Source of the DNA: Eledone cirrhosa
Lineage: Eukaryota
DNA length: 64,000 nucleotides
NCBI GenBank assembly: GCA_964016885.1
Contig: OZ024741.1
Coordinates: 1,612,001-1,676,000, forward strand
Direction: 5' to 3'
Shown: positions 27,936 to 43,660 of the stretch, in pieces
Position numbering within the stretch: position 1 is the first letter of the stretch
How the letters are laid out: every line of letters starts with the position of its first letter
Notes under the pieces: generated by a model
The model's database searches: none
What the model was told of the DNA's origin: nothing
What the model saw: only the letters and a program-made list of their open reading frames with translations
Made by a program: the position numbers and the translations under genes

Positions 27936-30900
27936 AACACTGGCTGCCATATACCGCTACCAGAACACTGGCTGCCATATACAGCTACCAGAACACTGGC
28001 TGCCATATACAGCTACCAGAACACTGGCTGCCATATACAGCTACCAGAACACTGGCTGCCATATACAGCTACCAGAACACTGGCTGCCATATACATCTAC
28101 CAGAACAATGGCTGCCATATACAGCTACCAAAACAATGGCTGCCATATACAGCTACCAGAAGAATGGCTGCCATATACAGCTACCAGAACAATGGCTGCC
28201 ATATACAGCTAACAGAACAATGGCTGCCATATACAGCTACCAGAACAAGAGCTGCCATATACAGCTATCAGAACACTGGCTGCCATATACAGCTACCAGA
28301 ACACTGGCTGCCATATACAGCTACCTGAACACTGGCTGCCATATACAATTACCAGAACACTGGCTGCCATATACAGCTAACAGAACAATGGCTGCCATAT
28401 ACAGCCACCAGAACACTGGCTGCCATATACAGCTAACAGAACAATGGCTGCCATATACAGCTACCAGAAGAATGGCTGCCATATACAGCTACCAGCACAA
28501 TGGCTGCCATACACAGCTACCAGAACACTGGCTGCCATATACATCTACCAGAACAATGGCTGCCATATACAGCTACCATGGCTGCCATATACAGCTACCA
28601 GAAAAATGACTGCCATATACAGCTACCAGAACACTGGATGCCATATACAGTTACCAGAACAAAGGCTGCCATATACAGCTACCAGAACACTGGCTGCCAT
28701 GTACAGCTACTAGAACAATGGCTGCCATATACAGCTACCACAACACTGGCTGCCATATACAGCTACCAGAACACTCTTTGCCATATACAGCTACCAGAAC
28801 AATGGCTGCCATATACAGCTACCAGAATACTGGCTGCCATATACAGCTACCAGAACACTGGCTGCCATATACAGCTACCAGAACACTGGCTGCCATATAC
28901 AGCTACCAGAACACTGTTTGCCATATACAGCTATCAGAACACTGGCTGCCATATACAACTATCAGAACAATGGCTGCCATATACAGCTACCAGAACTCTG
29001 GCTGCCATATACAGCTACAAGAACACTGGCTGCCATATACAGCTACCAGAACACTGGCTGCCATATACAGCTACCAGAACACTGGGTGCCATATACAGCT
29101 ACCAGAACAATGGCTGGCATATACAGTTACCAGAACAATGGCTGCCATATACAGCTACCAGAACACTGGCTGCCATATACCGCTACCAGAACACTGGCTG
29201 CCATATACAGCTACCAGAACACTGGCTGCCATATACAGCTACCAGAACACTGGCTGCCATATACAGCTACCAGAACACTGGCTGCCATATACAGCTACCA
29301 GAACACTGGCTGCCATATACAGCTACCAGAACAGTGGCTGCCATATACAGCTACCAGAACACTGTTAGCCATATACAGCTACCATAACAATGGCTGCCTT
29401 ATACAGCTACCAGAACACTGTCTGCCATATACAGCTACCAGAACACTGGCTGCCATATACAGCTACCAGAACAATGGCTGCCATATACAGATACCAGAAC
29501 ACTGGCTGCCATATACAGCTACCAGAAAAATGGCTGCCATATACAGCTACCAGAATACTGGCTGCCATATACAGTTACCAGAACACTAGCTGCCATATAC
29601 AGCTACCAGAACACTGGCTGCCATATACAGCTACCAGAACACTGGCTGCCATATACAGCTACCAGAACAATGGCTGCCATATACAGCTACCAGAACAATG
29701 GCTGCCATATACAGTTACCAGAACAATGGCTGCCATATACAGCTACCAGAACACTGTTTGCCATATACAGCAACCAGAACAATGGCTGGCATATACAGTT
29801 ACCAGAACACTGGCTGCCATATACAGCTACCAGAACACTGGCTGCCATATACAGCTACCAGAACACTGGCTGCCATATACAGCTACAAGAACACTGGCTG
29901 CCATATACAGCTACCAGAACAGTGGCTGCCATATACAGCTACCAGAACACTGTCTGCCATATACAGCTACCAGAACACTGGCTGCCATATACAGCTACCA
30001 GAACAATGGCTGCCATATACAGCTACCAGAACACTGGCTGCCATATACAGCTACCAGAACAATGGCTGCCATATACAGCTACCAGAATACTGGCTGCCAT
30101 ATACAGCTACCAGAACACTAGCTGCCATATACAGCTACCAGAACACTGGCTGCCATATACAGCTACCAGAACACTGGCTGCCATATACAGCTACCAGAAC
30201 AATGGCTGCCATATACAGCTACCAGAACATTGGCTGCCATATACAGTTACCAGAACAATGGCTGCCATATACAGCTACCAGAACACTGTTTGCCATATAC
30301 AGCTACCAGAACAATGGCTGCCATATACAGCTACCAGAACACTGGCTGCCATATACAGCTACCAGAACAATGGCTGCCATATACAGCTACCAGAACACTG
30401 GCTGCCATATACAGCTACCAGAACACTGGCTGCTACATACAGCTATTAGAACACTGGCTGCCATATACGGCTACCAGAACACTGGCTGCCATATACAGCT
30501 ACCAGAACAATGGCTGCCATATACAGCTACCAGAACACTGGCTGCCATATACAGCTAAAAGAACACTGGCTGTCATATACAGCTATTAGAACAATGGCTG
30601 CCATATACGGCTACCAGAAGACTGGCTGCCATATACAGCTACCAGAACAATGGCTGCCATATACAGCTACCAGAACACTGGCTGCCATATACAGATACCA
30701 GAACACTGTTTGCGATATACAGCTATCAGAACACTGGCTGCCATATACAGCTACCAGAACACTGGCTGCCATATACAGCTACCAGAACACTGGCTGCCAT
30801 ATACAGCTACCAGAACAATGGCTGCCATATACAGTTACCAGAACAATGGCTGGCATATACAGCTACCAGAACACTGGCTGCCATATACAGCTACCAGAAC

Positions 30901-33900
30901 ACTGGCTGCCATATACAGCTACATGTACACTGGCTGCCATATAGAGCTACCATAACAATGGCTGCCATATACAGCTAACAGAACACTGGCTGCCATATAC
31001 AGCTACCAGAACACTGTTTGCCATATACAGCTATCAGAACAATGGCTGCCATATACAGATACCAGAACACTGGCTGCCATATACAGCTACAAGAACACTG
31101 GCTGCCATATGCAGCTACCAGAACAATGGCTGGCATATACAGTTACCAGAACAATGGCTGCCATATACAGCTACCAGAACACTGGCTGCCATATACCGCT
31201 ACCAGAACACTGGCTGCCATATACAGCTACCAGAACACTGGCTGCCATATACAGCTACCCGAACAATGGCTGCCATATACAGCTACCAGAACACTCTTTG
31301 CAATATACAGCTACCAGAACACTGGCTGCCATATACAGCTACATGTACACTGGCTGCCATATAGAGCTACCATAACAATGTCTGCGATATACAGCTAACA
31401 GAACACTGGCTGCCATATACAGCTACCAGAACACTGTTTGCCATATACAGCTATCAGAACAATGGCTGCCATATACAGATACCAGAACACTGGCTGCCAT
31501 ATACAGCTACCAGAACAATGGCTGCCATATACAGCTACGAAAACAATGGCTGCCATATACAGCTACCAGAAGAATGGCTGCCATATACAGCTACCAGAAC
31601 AATGGCTGCCATATACAGCTACCAGAACAATGGCTGCCATATACAGCTACCAGAACAAGAGCTGCCATATACAGCTATCAGAACACTGGCTGCCATATAC
31701 AGCTACCAGAACACTGGCTGCCATATACAGCTACCTGAACACTGGCTGCCATATACAATTACCAGAACACTGGCTGCCATATACAGCTACCAGAACAATG
31801 GCTGCCATATACAGCTAACAGAACAATGGCTGCCATATACAGCTACCAGAACACTGGCTGCCATATACAGCTATCAGAACAATGGCTGCCATATACAGCC
31901 ACCAGAACACTGGCTGCCATATACAGTTAACAGAACAATGGCTGCCATATACAGCTACCAGAAGAATGGCTGCCATATACAGCTACCAGAACAATGGCTG
32001 CCATATACAGCTACCAGAACAATGGCTTCCATATACAGCTACCAGAACACTGGATGCCATATACAGCTACCAGAACAATGGCTGGCATATACAGTTACCA
32101 GAACACTGGCTGCCATATACAGCTACCAGAACATTGGCTGCCATATACAGCTACCAGAACACTGGCTGCCATATACAGCTACAAGAACACTGGCTGCCAT
32201 ATACAGCTACCAGAACACTGGCTGCCATATACAGCTACCAGAACACTGGCTGCCATATACAGTTACCAGAACACTGGCTGCCATATACAGCTACCAGAAC
32301 ACTGGCTGCCTTATACAGCTACCAGAACAGTGGCTGCCATATACAGCTACCAGAACACTGTTAGCCATATAGAGCTACCAGAACAATGGCTGCCTTATAC
32401 AGCTACCAGAACACTGTCTGCCATATACAGCTACCAAAACACTGGCTGCCATATACAGCTACCAGAACAATGGCTGCCATATACAGCTACCAGAACACTG
32501 TTTGCCATATACAGCTACCAGAACAATGGCTGCCATATACAGCTACCAGAATACTGGCTGCCATATACAGCTACCAGAACACTAGCTGCCATATACAGCT
32601 ACCAGAACACTGGCTGCCATATACAGCTACCAGAACATTGGCTGCCATATACAGTTACCAGAACAATGGCTGCCATATACAGCTACCAGAACACTGTTTG
32701 CCATATACAGCTACCAGAACAATGGCTGCCATATACAGCTACCAGAACACTGTTTGCCATATACAGCTGCCAGAACAATGGCTGCCATATACAGCTACCA
32801 GAACACAGGCTGCCATATACAGCTACCAGAACACTGTTTGCCATATACAGCTACCAGAACAATGGCTGCCATATACAGCTACCAGAACACTGGCTGCCAT
32901 ATACAGCTACCAGAACACTGGCTGCCACATACAGCTATTAGAACACTGGCTGCCATATACGGCTACCAGAACACTGGCTGCCATATACAGCTACCAGAAC
33001 AATGGCTGCCCTATACAGCTACCAGAACACTGGCTGCCATATACAGCTACCAGAACACTGGCTGTCATATACAGCTATTAGAACACTGGCTGCCATATAC
33101 GGGTACCAGAACACTGGCTGCCATATACAGCTACCAGAACAATGGCTGCCATATACAGCTACCAGAACACTGGCTGCCATATACAGATACCAGAACACTG
33201 TTTGCGATATACAGCTATCAGAACAATGGCTGCCATATACAGCTACCAGAACACTGGCTGCCATATACAGCTACCAGAACACTGGCTGCCATATACAGCT
33301 ACCAGAACACTGGCTGCCATATACAGGTACCAGAACAATGGCTGCCATATACAGTTACCAGAACACTGGCTGCCATATACAGCTACCAGAACACTGGCTG
33401 CCATATACAGCTACCAGAACACTGGCTGCCATATACAGCTACAAGTACACTGGCTGCCATATACAGCTACCAGAACACTGGCTGCCATATACAGCTACCA
33501 GATAAATGGCTGCCATATACAGCTACCAGAACAATGGCTGCCATATACAGCTACCAGAACACTCTTTGCACTATACAGCTACCAGAACACTGTTTGCCAT
33601 ATACAGCTACCAGAACAATGGCTGCCATATACAGCTACCACAACACTGGCTGCCATATACAGCTACCAGAACACTGTTTGCCATATACAGCTACCAGAAC
33701 AATGGCTGACATATACAGCTACCAGAACAATGGCTGCCATATACAGCTACCAGAACACTGGCTGCCATGTACAGCTACTAGAACAATGGCTGCCATATAC
33801 AACTACCAGAACACTGGCTGCCATATACAGCTACCAGAACACTGGCTGCCATATACAGCTACCAGAACAATGGCTGCCATATACAGCTACCAGAACAATA

Positions 33901-36900
33901 GCTGCCATATACAGCTACAAGAACACTGGCTGCCATATACAGCTACCAGAATACTGGCTGCCATATACAGCTACCAGAACAATGGCTGCCATATACAGCT
34001 ACCAGAACACTGGCTGCCATATACAGCTACCAGAACAATAGCTGCCATATACAGCTACCAGAATACTGTCTGCCATATTGAGCTACCAGAACACTGGCTG
34101 CCATATACAGCTACCAGAACACTGGCTGCCATATACAGCTACAAGAACACTGGCTGCCATATACAGCTACCAGAATCCTGGCTGCCATATACAGCTACCA
34201 GAACAATGGCTGCCATATACAGCTACCAGAACACTGGCTGCCATATACAGCTACCAGAACAATGGCTGCCATATACAGCTACAAGAACACTGGCTGCCAT
34301 ATACAGCTACCAGAACACTGGCTCTCATATACAGCTACCAGAACAATGGCTGCCATATACAGCTACCAGAACAATGGCTGCCATATACAGCTACCAGAAC
34401 ACTGGCTGCCATATACATCTACCAGAACAATGGCTGCCATATACAGCTACCAAAACAATGGCTGCCATATACAGCTACCAGAAGAATGGCTGCCATATAC
34501 AGCTACCAGAACACTGGCTGTCATATACAGCTATTAGAACACTGGCTGCCATATACGGCTACCAGAACACTGGCTGCCATATACAGCTACCAGAACAATG
34601 GTTGCCATATACAGCTACCAGAACACTGGCTGCCATATACAGCTACCTGAACACTGGCTGCCATATACAATTACCAGAACACTGGCTGCCATATACAGCT
34701 ACCAGAACACTGGCTGCCATATACAGCTACCAGAACACTGGCTGCCATATACAGCTACCAGAACACTGGCTGCCATATACAGCTACCAGAACACTGGCTG
34801 CCATATACAGCTACCAGAACAGTGGCTGCCATATACAGCTACCAGAACACTGTTAGCCATATACAGCTACCATAACAATGGCTGCCTTATACAGCTACCA
34901 GAACACTGTCTGCCATATACAGCTACCAGAACACTGGCTGCCATATACAGCTACCAGAACAATGGCTGCCATATACAGATACCAGAACACTGGCTGCCAT
35001 ATACAGCTACCAGAAAAATGGCTGCCATATACAGCTACCAGAATACTGGCTGCCATATACAGTTACCAGAACACTAGCTGCCATATACAGCTACCAGAAC
35101 ACTGGCTGCCATATACAGCTACCAGAACACTGGCTGCCATATACAGCTACCAGAACAATGGCTGCCATATACAGCTACCAGAACAATGGCTGCCATATAC
35201 AGTTACCAGAACAATGGCTGCCATATACAGCTACCAGAACACTGTTTGCCATATACAGCAACCAGAACAATGGCTGGCATATACAGTTACCAGAACACTG
35301 GCTGCCATATACAGCTACCAGAACACTGGCTGCCATATACAGCTACCAGAACACTGGCTGCCATATACAGCTACAAGAACACTGGCTGCCATATACAGCT
35401 ACCAGAACAGTGGCTGCCATATACAGCTACCAGAACACTGTCTGCCATATACAGCTACCAGAACACTGGCTGCCATATACAGCTACCAGAACAATGGCTG
35501 CCATATACAGCTACCAGAACACTGGCTGCCATATACAGCTACCAGAACAATGGCTGCCATATACAGCTACCAGAATACTGGCTGCCATATACAGCTACCA
35601 GAACACTAGCTGCCATATACAGCTACCAGAACACTGGCTGCCATATACAGCTACCAGAACACTGGCTGCCATATACAGCTACCAGAACAATGGCTGCCAT
35701 ATACAGCTACCAGAACATTGGCTGCCATATACAGTTACCAGAACAATGGCTGCCATATACAGCTACCAGAACACTGTTTGCCATATACAGCTACCAGAAC
35801 AATGGCTGCCATATACAGCTACCAGAACACTGGCTGCCATATACAGCTACCAGAACAATGGCTGCCATATACAGCTACCAGAACACTGGCTGCCATATAC
35901 AGCTACCAGAACACTGGCTGCTACATACAGCTATTAGAACACTGGCTGCCATATACGGCTACCAGAACACTGGCTGCCATATACAGCTACCAGAACAATG
36001 GCTGCCATATACAGCTACCAGAACACTGGCTGCCATATACATCTAAAAGAACACTGGCTGTCATATACAGCTATTAGAACAATGGCTGCCATATACGGCT
36101 ACCAGAAGACTGGCTGCCATATACAGCTACCAGAACAATGGCTGCCATATACAGCTACCAGAACACTGGCTGCCATATACAGATACCAGAACACTGTTTG
36201 CGATATACAGCTATCAGAACACTGGCTGCCATATACAGCTACCAGAACACTGGCTGCCATATACAGCTACCAGAACACTGGCTGCCATATACAGCTACCA
36301 GAACAATGGCTGCCATATACAGTTACCAGAACAATGGCTGGCATATACAGCTACCAGAACACTGGCTGCCATATACAGCTACCAGAACACTGGCTGCCAT
36401 ATACAGCTACATGTACACTGGCTGCCATATAGAGCTACCATAACAATGGCTGCCATATACAGCTAACAGAACACTGGCTGCCATATACAGCTACCAGAAC
36501 ACTGTTTGCCATATACAGCTATCAGAACAATGGCTGCCATATACAGATACCAGAACACTGGCTGCCATATACAGCTACAAGAACACTGGCTGCCATATGC
36601 AGCTACCAGAACAATGGCTGGCATATACAGTTACCAGAACAATGGCTGCCATATACAGCTACCAGAACACTGGCTGCCATATACCGCTACCAGAACACTG
36701 GCTGCCATATACAGCTACCAGAACACTGGCTGCCATATACAGCTACCCGAACAATGGCTGCCATATACAGCTACCAGAACACTCTTTGCAATATACAGCT
36801 ACCAGAACACTCTTTGCAATATACAGCTACCAGAACACTGGCTGCCATATACAGCTACATGTACACTGGCTGCCATATAGAGCTACCATAACAATGTCTG

Positions 36901-39900
36901 CGATATACAGCTAACAGAACACTGGCTGCCATATACAGCTACCAGAACACTGTTTGCCATATACAGCTATCAGAACAATGGCTGCCATATACAGATACCA
37001 GAACACTGGCTGCCATATACAGCTACCAGAACAATGGCTGCCATATACAGCTACGAAAACAATGGCTGCCATATACAGCTACCAGAAGAATGGCTGCCAT
37101 ATACAGCTACCAGAACAATGGCTGCCATATACAGCTACCAGAACAATGGCTGCCATATACAGCTACCAGAACAAGAGCTGCCATATACAGCTATCAGAAC
37201 ACTGGCTGCCATATACAGCTACCAGAACACTGGCTGCCATATACAGCTACCTGAACACTGGCTGCCATATACAATTACCAGAACACTGGCTGCCATATAC
37301 AGCTACCAGAACAATGGCTGCCATATACAGCTAACAGAACAATGGCTGCCATATACAGCTACCAGAACACTGGCTGCCATATACAGCTATCAGAACAATG
37401 GCTGCCATATACAGCCACCAGAACACTGGCTGCCATATACAGTTAACAGAACAATGGCTGCCATATACAGCTACCAGAAGAATGGCTGCCATATACAGCT
37501 ACCAGAACAATGGCTGCCATATACAGCTACCAGAACAATGGCTTCCATATACAGCTACCAGAACACTGGATGCCATATACAGCTACCAGAACAATGGCTG
37601 GCATATACAGTTACCAGAACACTGGCTGCCATATACAGCTACCAGAACATTGGCTGCCATATACAGCTACCAGAACACTGGCTGCCATATACAGCTACAA
37701 GAACACTGGCTGCCATATACAGCTACCAGAACACTGGCTGCCATATACAGCTACCAGAACACTGGCTGCCATATACAGTTACCAGAACACTGGCTGCCAT
37801 ATACAGCTACCAGAACACTGGCTGCCTTATACAGCTACCAGAACAGTGGCTGCCATATACAGCTACCAGAACACTGTTAGCCATATAGAGCTACCAGAAC
37901 AATGGCTGCCTTATACAGCTACCAGAACACTGTCTGCCATATACAGCTACCAAAACACTGGCTGCCATATACAGCTACCAGAACAATGGCTGCCATATAC
38001 AGCTACCAGAACACTGTTTGCCATATACAGCTACCAGAACAATGGCTGCCATATACAGCTACCAGAATACTGGCTGCCATATACAGCTACCAGAACACTA
38101 GCTGCCATATACAGCTACCAGAACACTGGCTGCCATATACAGCTACCAGAACATTGGCTGCCATATACAGTTACCAGAACAATGGCTGCCATATACAGCT
38201 ACCAGAACACTGTTTGCCATATACAGCTACCAGAACAATGGCTGCCATATACAGCTACCAGAACACTGTTTGCCATATACAGCTGCCAGAACAATGGCTG
38301 CCATATACAGCTACCAGAACACAGGCTGCCATATACAGCTACCAGAACACTGTTTGCCATATACAGCTACCAGAACAATGGCTGCCATATACAGCTACCA
38401 GAACACTGGCTGCCATATACAGCTACCAGAACACTGGCTGCCACATACAGCTATTAGAACACTGGCTGCCATATACGGCTACCAGAACACTGGCTGCCAT
38501 ATACAGCTACCAGAACAATGGCTGCCCTATACAGCTACCAGAACACTGGCTGCCATATACAGCTACCAGAACACTGGCTGTCATATACAGCTATTAGAAC
38601 ACTGGCTGCCATATACGGGTACCAGAACACTGGCTGCCATATACAGCTACCAGAACAATGGCTGCCATATACAGCTACCAGAACACTGGCTGCCATATAC
38701 AGATACCAGAACACTGTTTGCGATATACAGCTATCAGAACAATGGCTGCCATATACAGCTACCAGAACACTGGCTGCCATATACAGCTACCAGAACACTG
38801 GCTGCCATATACAGCTACCAGAACACTGGCTGCCATATACAGGTACCAGAACAATGGCTGCCATATACAGTTACCAGAACACTGGCTGCCATATACAGCT
38901 ACCAGAACACTGGCTGCCATATACAGCTACCAGAACACTGGCTGCCATATACAGCTACAAGTACACTGGCTGCCATATACAGCTACCAGAACACTGGCTG
39001 CCATATACAGCTACCAGATAAATGGCTGCCATATACAGCTACCAGAACAATGGCTGCCATATACAGCTACCAGAACACTCTTTGCACTATACAGCTACCA
39101 GAACACTGTTTGCCATATACAGCTACCAGAACAATGGCTGCCATATACAGCTACCACAACACTGGCTGCCATATACAGCTACCAGAACACTGTTTGCCAT
39201 ATACAGCTACCAGAACAATGGCTGACATATACAGCTACCAGAACAATGGCTGCCATATACAGCTACCAGAACACTGGCTGCCATGTACAGCTACTAGAAC
39301 AATGGCTGCCATATACAACTACCAGAACACTGGCTGCCATATACAGCTACCAGAACACTGGCTGCCATATACAGCTACCAGAACAATGGCTGCCATATAC
39401 AGCTACCAGAACAATAGCTGCCATATACAGCTACAAGAACACTGGCTGCCATATACAGCTACCAGAATACTGGCTGCCATATACAGCTACCAGAACAATG
39501 GCTGCCATATACAGCTACCAGAACACTGGCTGCCATATACAGCTACCAGAACAATAGCTGCCATATACAGCTACCAGAATACTGTCTGCCATATTGAGCT
39601 ACCAGAACACTGGCTGCCATATACAGCTACCAGAACACTGGCTGCCATATACAGCTACAAGAACACTGGCTGCCATATACAGCTACCAGAATCCTGGCTG
39701 CCATATACAGCTACCAGAACAATGGCTGCCATATACAGCTACCAGAACACTGGCTGCCATATACAGCTACCAGAACAATGGCTGCCATATACAGCTACAA
39801 GAACACTGGCTGCCATATACAGCTACCAGAACACTGGCTCTCATATACAGCTACCAGAACAATGGCTGCCATATACAGCTACCAGAACAATGGCTGCCAT

Positions 39901-42900
39901 ATACAGCTACCAGAACACTGGCTGCCATATACATCTACCAGAACAATGGCTGCCATATACAGCTACCAAAACAATGGCTGCCATATACAGCTACCAGAAG
40001 AATGGCTGCCATATACAGCTACCAGAACACTGGCTGTCATATACAGCTATTAGAACACTGGCTGCCATATACGGCTACCAGAACACTGGCTGCCATATAC
40101 AGCTACCAGAACAATGGTTGCCATATACAGCTACCAGAACACTGGCTGCCATATACAGCTACCTGAACACTGGCTGCCATATACAATTACCAGAACACTG
40201 GCTGCCATATACAGCTACCAGAACAATGGCTGCCATATACAGCTAACAGAACAATGGCTGCCATATACAGCTACCAGAACACTGGCTGCCATATACAGCT
40301 ATTAGAACAATGGCTGCCATATACAGCCACCACAACACTGGCTGCCATATACAGTTAACAGAACAATGGCTGCCATATACAGCTACCAGAACATTGGCTG
40401 CCATATACATCTACCAGAACACTGGCTGCCATATACAGCTACAAGAACACTGGCTGCCATATACAGCTACCAGAACACTGGCTGCCATATACAGCTACCA
40501 GAACACTGGCTGCCATATACAGCTACCAGAACACTGGCTGCCATATACAGCTACCAGAACACTGGCTGCCATATACAGCTACCAGAACAGTGGCTGCCAT
40601 ATACAGCTACCAGAACACTGTTAGCCATATAGAGCTACCAGAACAATGGCTGCCTTATACAGCTACCAGAACACTGTCTGCCATATACAGCTACCAAAAC
40701 ACTGGCTGCCATATACAGCTACCAGAACAATGGCTGCCATATACAGCTACCAGAACACTGGCTGCCATATACAGCTACCAGAACAATGGTTGCCCTATAC
40801 AGCTACCAGAATACTGGCTGCCATATACAGCTACCAGAACACTAGCTGCCATATACAGCTACCAAAGCACTGGCTGCCATATACAGCTACCAGAACACTG
40901 GCTGCCATATACAGCTACCAGAACAATGGCTGCCATATACAGCTACCAGAACATTGGCTGCCATATACAGTTACCAGAACAATGGCTGCCATATACAGCT
41001 ACCAGAACACTGGCTGCCATATACAGCTACCAGAACACTGGCTGCGATATATAGCTACCAGAACACTGGCTGCCATATACAGCTACCAGAACACTGTTTG
41101 CCATATACAGCTGCCAGAACAATGGCTGCCATATACAGCTACCAGAACACAGGCTGCCATATACAGCTACCAGAACACTGTTTGCCATATACAGCTACCA
41201 GAACAATGGCTGCCATATACAGCTACCAGAACACTGGCTGCCATATACAGCTACCAGAACACTGGCTGCCACATACAGCTATTAGAACACTGGCTGCCAT
41301 ATACGGCTACCAGAACACTGGCTGCCATATACAGCTACCAGAACAATGGCTGCCCTATACAGCTACCAGAACACTGGCTGCCATATACAGCTACCAGAAC
41401 ACTGGCTGTCATATACAGCTATTAGAACACTGGCTGCCATATACGGCTACCAGAACACTGGCTGCCATATACAGCTACCAGAATAATGGCTGCCATATAC
41501 AGCTACCAGAACACTGGCTGCCATATACAGATACCAGAACACTGTTTGCGATATACAGCTATCAGAACAATGGCTGCCATATACAGCTACCAGAACACTG
41601 GCTGCCATATACAGCTACCAGAACACTGGCTGCCATATACAGCTACCAGAACACTGGCTGCCATATACAGGTACCAGAACAATGGCTGCCATATACAGTT
41701 ACCAGAACACTGGCTGCCATATACAGCTACCAGAACACTGGCTGCCATATACAGCTACCAGAACACTGGCTGCCATATACAGCTACAAGTACACTGGCTG
41801 CCATATAGAGCTACCAGAACACTGGCTGCCATATACAGCTACCAGATCAATGGCTGCCATATACAGCTACCAGAACAATGGCTGCCATATACAGCTACCA
41901 GAAAACTCTTTGCAATATACAGCTACCAGAACAATAGCTGCCATATACAGCTACCAGAATACTGTCTGCCATATACAGCTACCAGAACACTGGCTGCCAT
42001 ATACAGCTACCAGAACACTGGCTGCCATATACAGCTACCAGAACACTGGCTGCCATATACAGCTACCAGAACACTGGCTGCCATATACAGCTACCAGAAC
42101 ACTGGCTGCCATATACAGGTACCAGAACAATGGCTGCCATATAGAGTTACCAGAACACTGGCTGCCATATACAGCTACCAGAACACTGGCTGCCATATAC
42201 CGCTACCAGAACACTGGCTGCCATATACAGCTACCAGAACACTGGCTGCCATATACAGCTACCAGAACATTGGCTGCCATATACATCTACTAGAACACTG
42301 GCTGCCATATACAGCTACCAGAACACTGGCTGCCATATACAGCTACAAGAACACTGGCTGCCATATACAGCTACCAGAACAATGGCTGCCATATACAGCT
42401 ACCAGAACATTCTTTGCCATATACAGCTACCAGAACAATAGCTGCCATATACAGCTACCAGAATACTGTCTGCCATATACAGCTACCAGAACACTGGCTG
42501 CCATATACAGCTACCAGAACACTGGCTGCCATATACAGCTACAAGAACACTGGCTGCCATATACAGCTACCAGAACAATGGCTGCCATATACAGCTACCA
42601 GAACAATGGCTGCCATATACAGCTACCAGAACACTGGCTGCCATATACAGCTACCAGAACACTGGCTGCCATATACAGCTACCAGAACACTGGCTGCCAT
42701 ATACATCTACCAGAACAATGGCTGCCATATACAGCTACCAAAACAATGGCTGCCATATACAGCTACCAGAAGAATGGCTGCCATATACAGCTACCAGAAC
42801 AATGGCTGCCATATACAGCTACCAGAACAATGGCTGCCATATACAGCTACCAGAACAAGAGCTGCCATATACAGCTATCAAAACACTGGCTGCCATATAC

Positions 42901-43660
42901 AGCTACCAGAACACTGGCTGCCATATACAGCTACCAGAACACTGGCTGCCATATACAGCTACCAGAACAATGGCTGCCATATACAGCTACCATGGCTGCC
43001 ATATACAGCTACCAGAAAAATGACTGCCATATACAGTTACCAGAACACTGGATGCCATATACAGTTACCAGAACAAAGGCTGCCATATACAGCTACCAGA
43101 ACACTGGCTGCCATGTACAGCTACTAGAACAATGGCTGCCATATACAGCTACCACAACACTGGCTGCCATATACAGCTACCAGAATACTGGCTGCCATAT
43201 ACAGCTACCAGAACACTGGCTGCCATATACAGCTACCAGAACAGTGGCTGCCATATACAGCTACCAGAACACTGTTTGCCATATACAGCTATCAGAACAC
43301 TGGCTGCCATATACAGCTATCAGAACAATGGCTGCCATATACAGCTACCAGAACACTGGCTGCCATATACAGCTACAAGAACACTGGCTGCCATATACAG
43401 CTACCAGGACACTGGCTGCCATATACAGCTACCAGAACACTGGCTGCCATATACAGCTACCAGAACAATGGCTGGCATATACAGTTACCAGAACAATGGC
43501 TGCCATATACAGCTACCAGAACACTGGCTGCCATATACCGCTACCAGAACACTGGCTGCCATATACAGCTATCAGAACACTGGCTGCCATATACAGCTAC
43601 CAGAACACTGGCTGCCATATACAGCTACCAGGACACTGGCTGCCATATACAGCTACCAGA
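27936..43660. repeat. Higher-order unit B, copy 2, expanded by an internal 5.5-kb tandem duplication
   Basis: Matches copy 1 at +10208 up to ~34690. After the internal duplication it matches at +15696 and then +15724 (24586/40310, 25958/41682, 26994/42718); 15724 = 10208 + 5516. Confidence 0.9.
29200..40200. repeat. Tandem duplication of a 5488/5516-bp segment (196/197 monomers), junction near 34690
   Basis: Identical ORFs at +5488 (29390/34878, 29670/35158) and then +5516 (31438/36954, 33019/38535, 34078/39594). Both offsets are exact multiples of 28. Confidence 0.92.
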
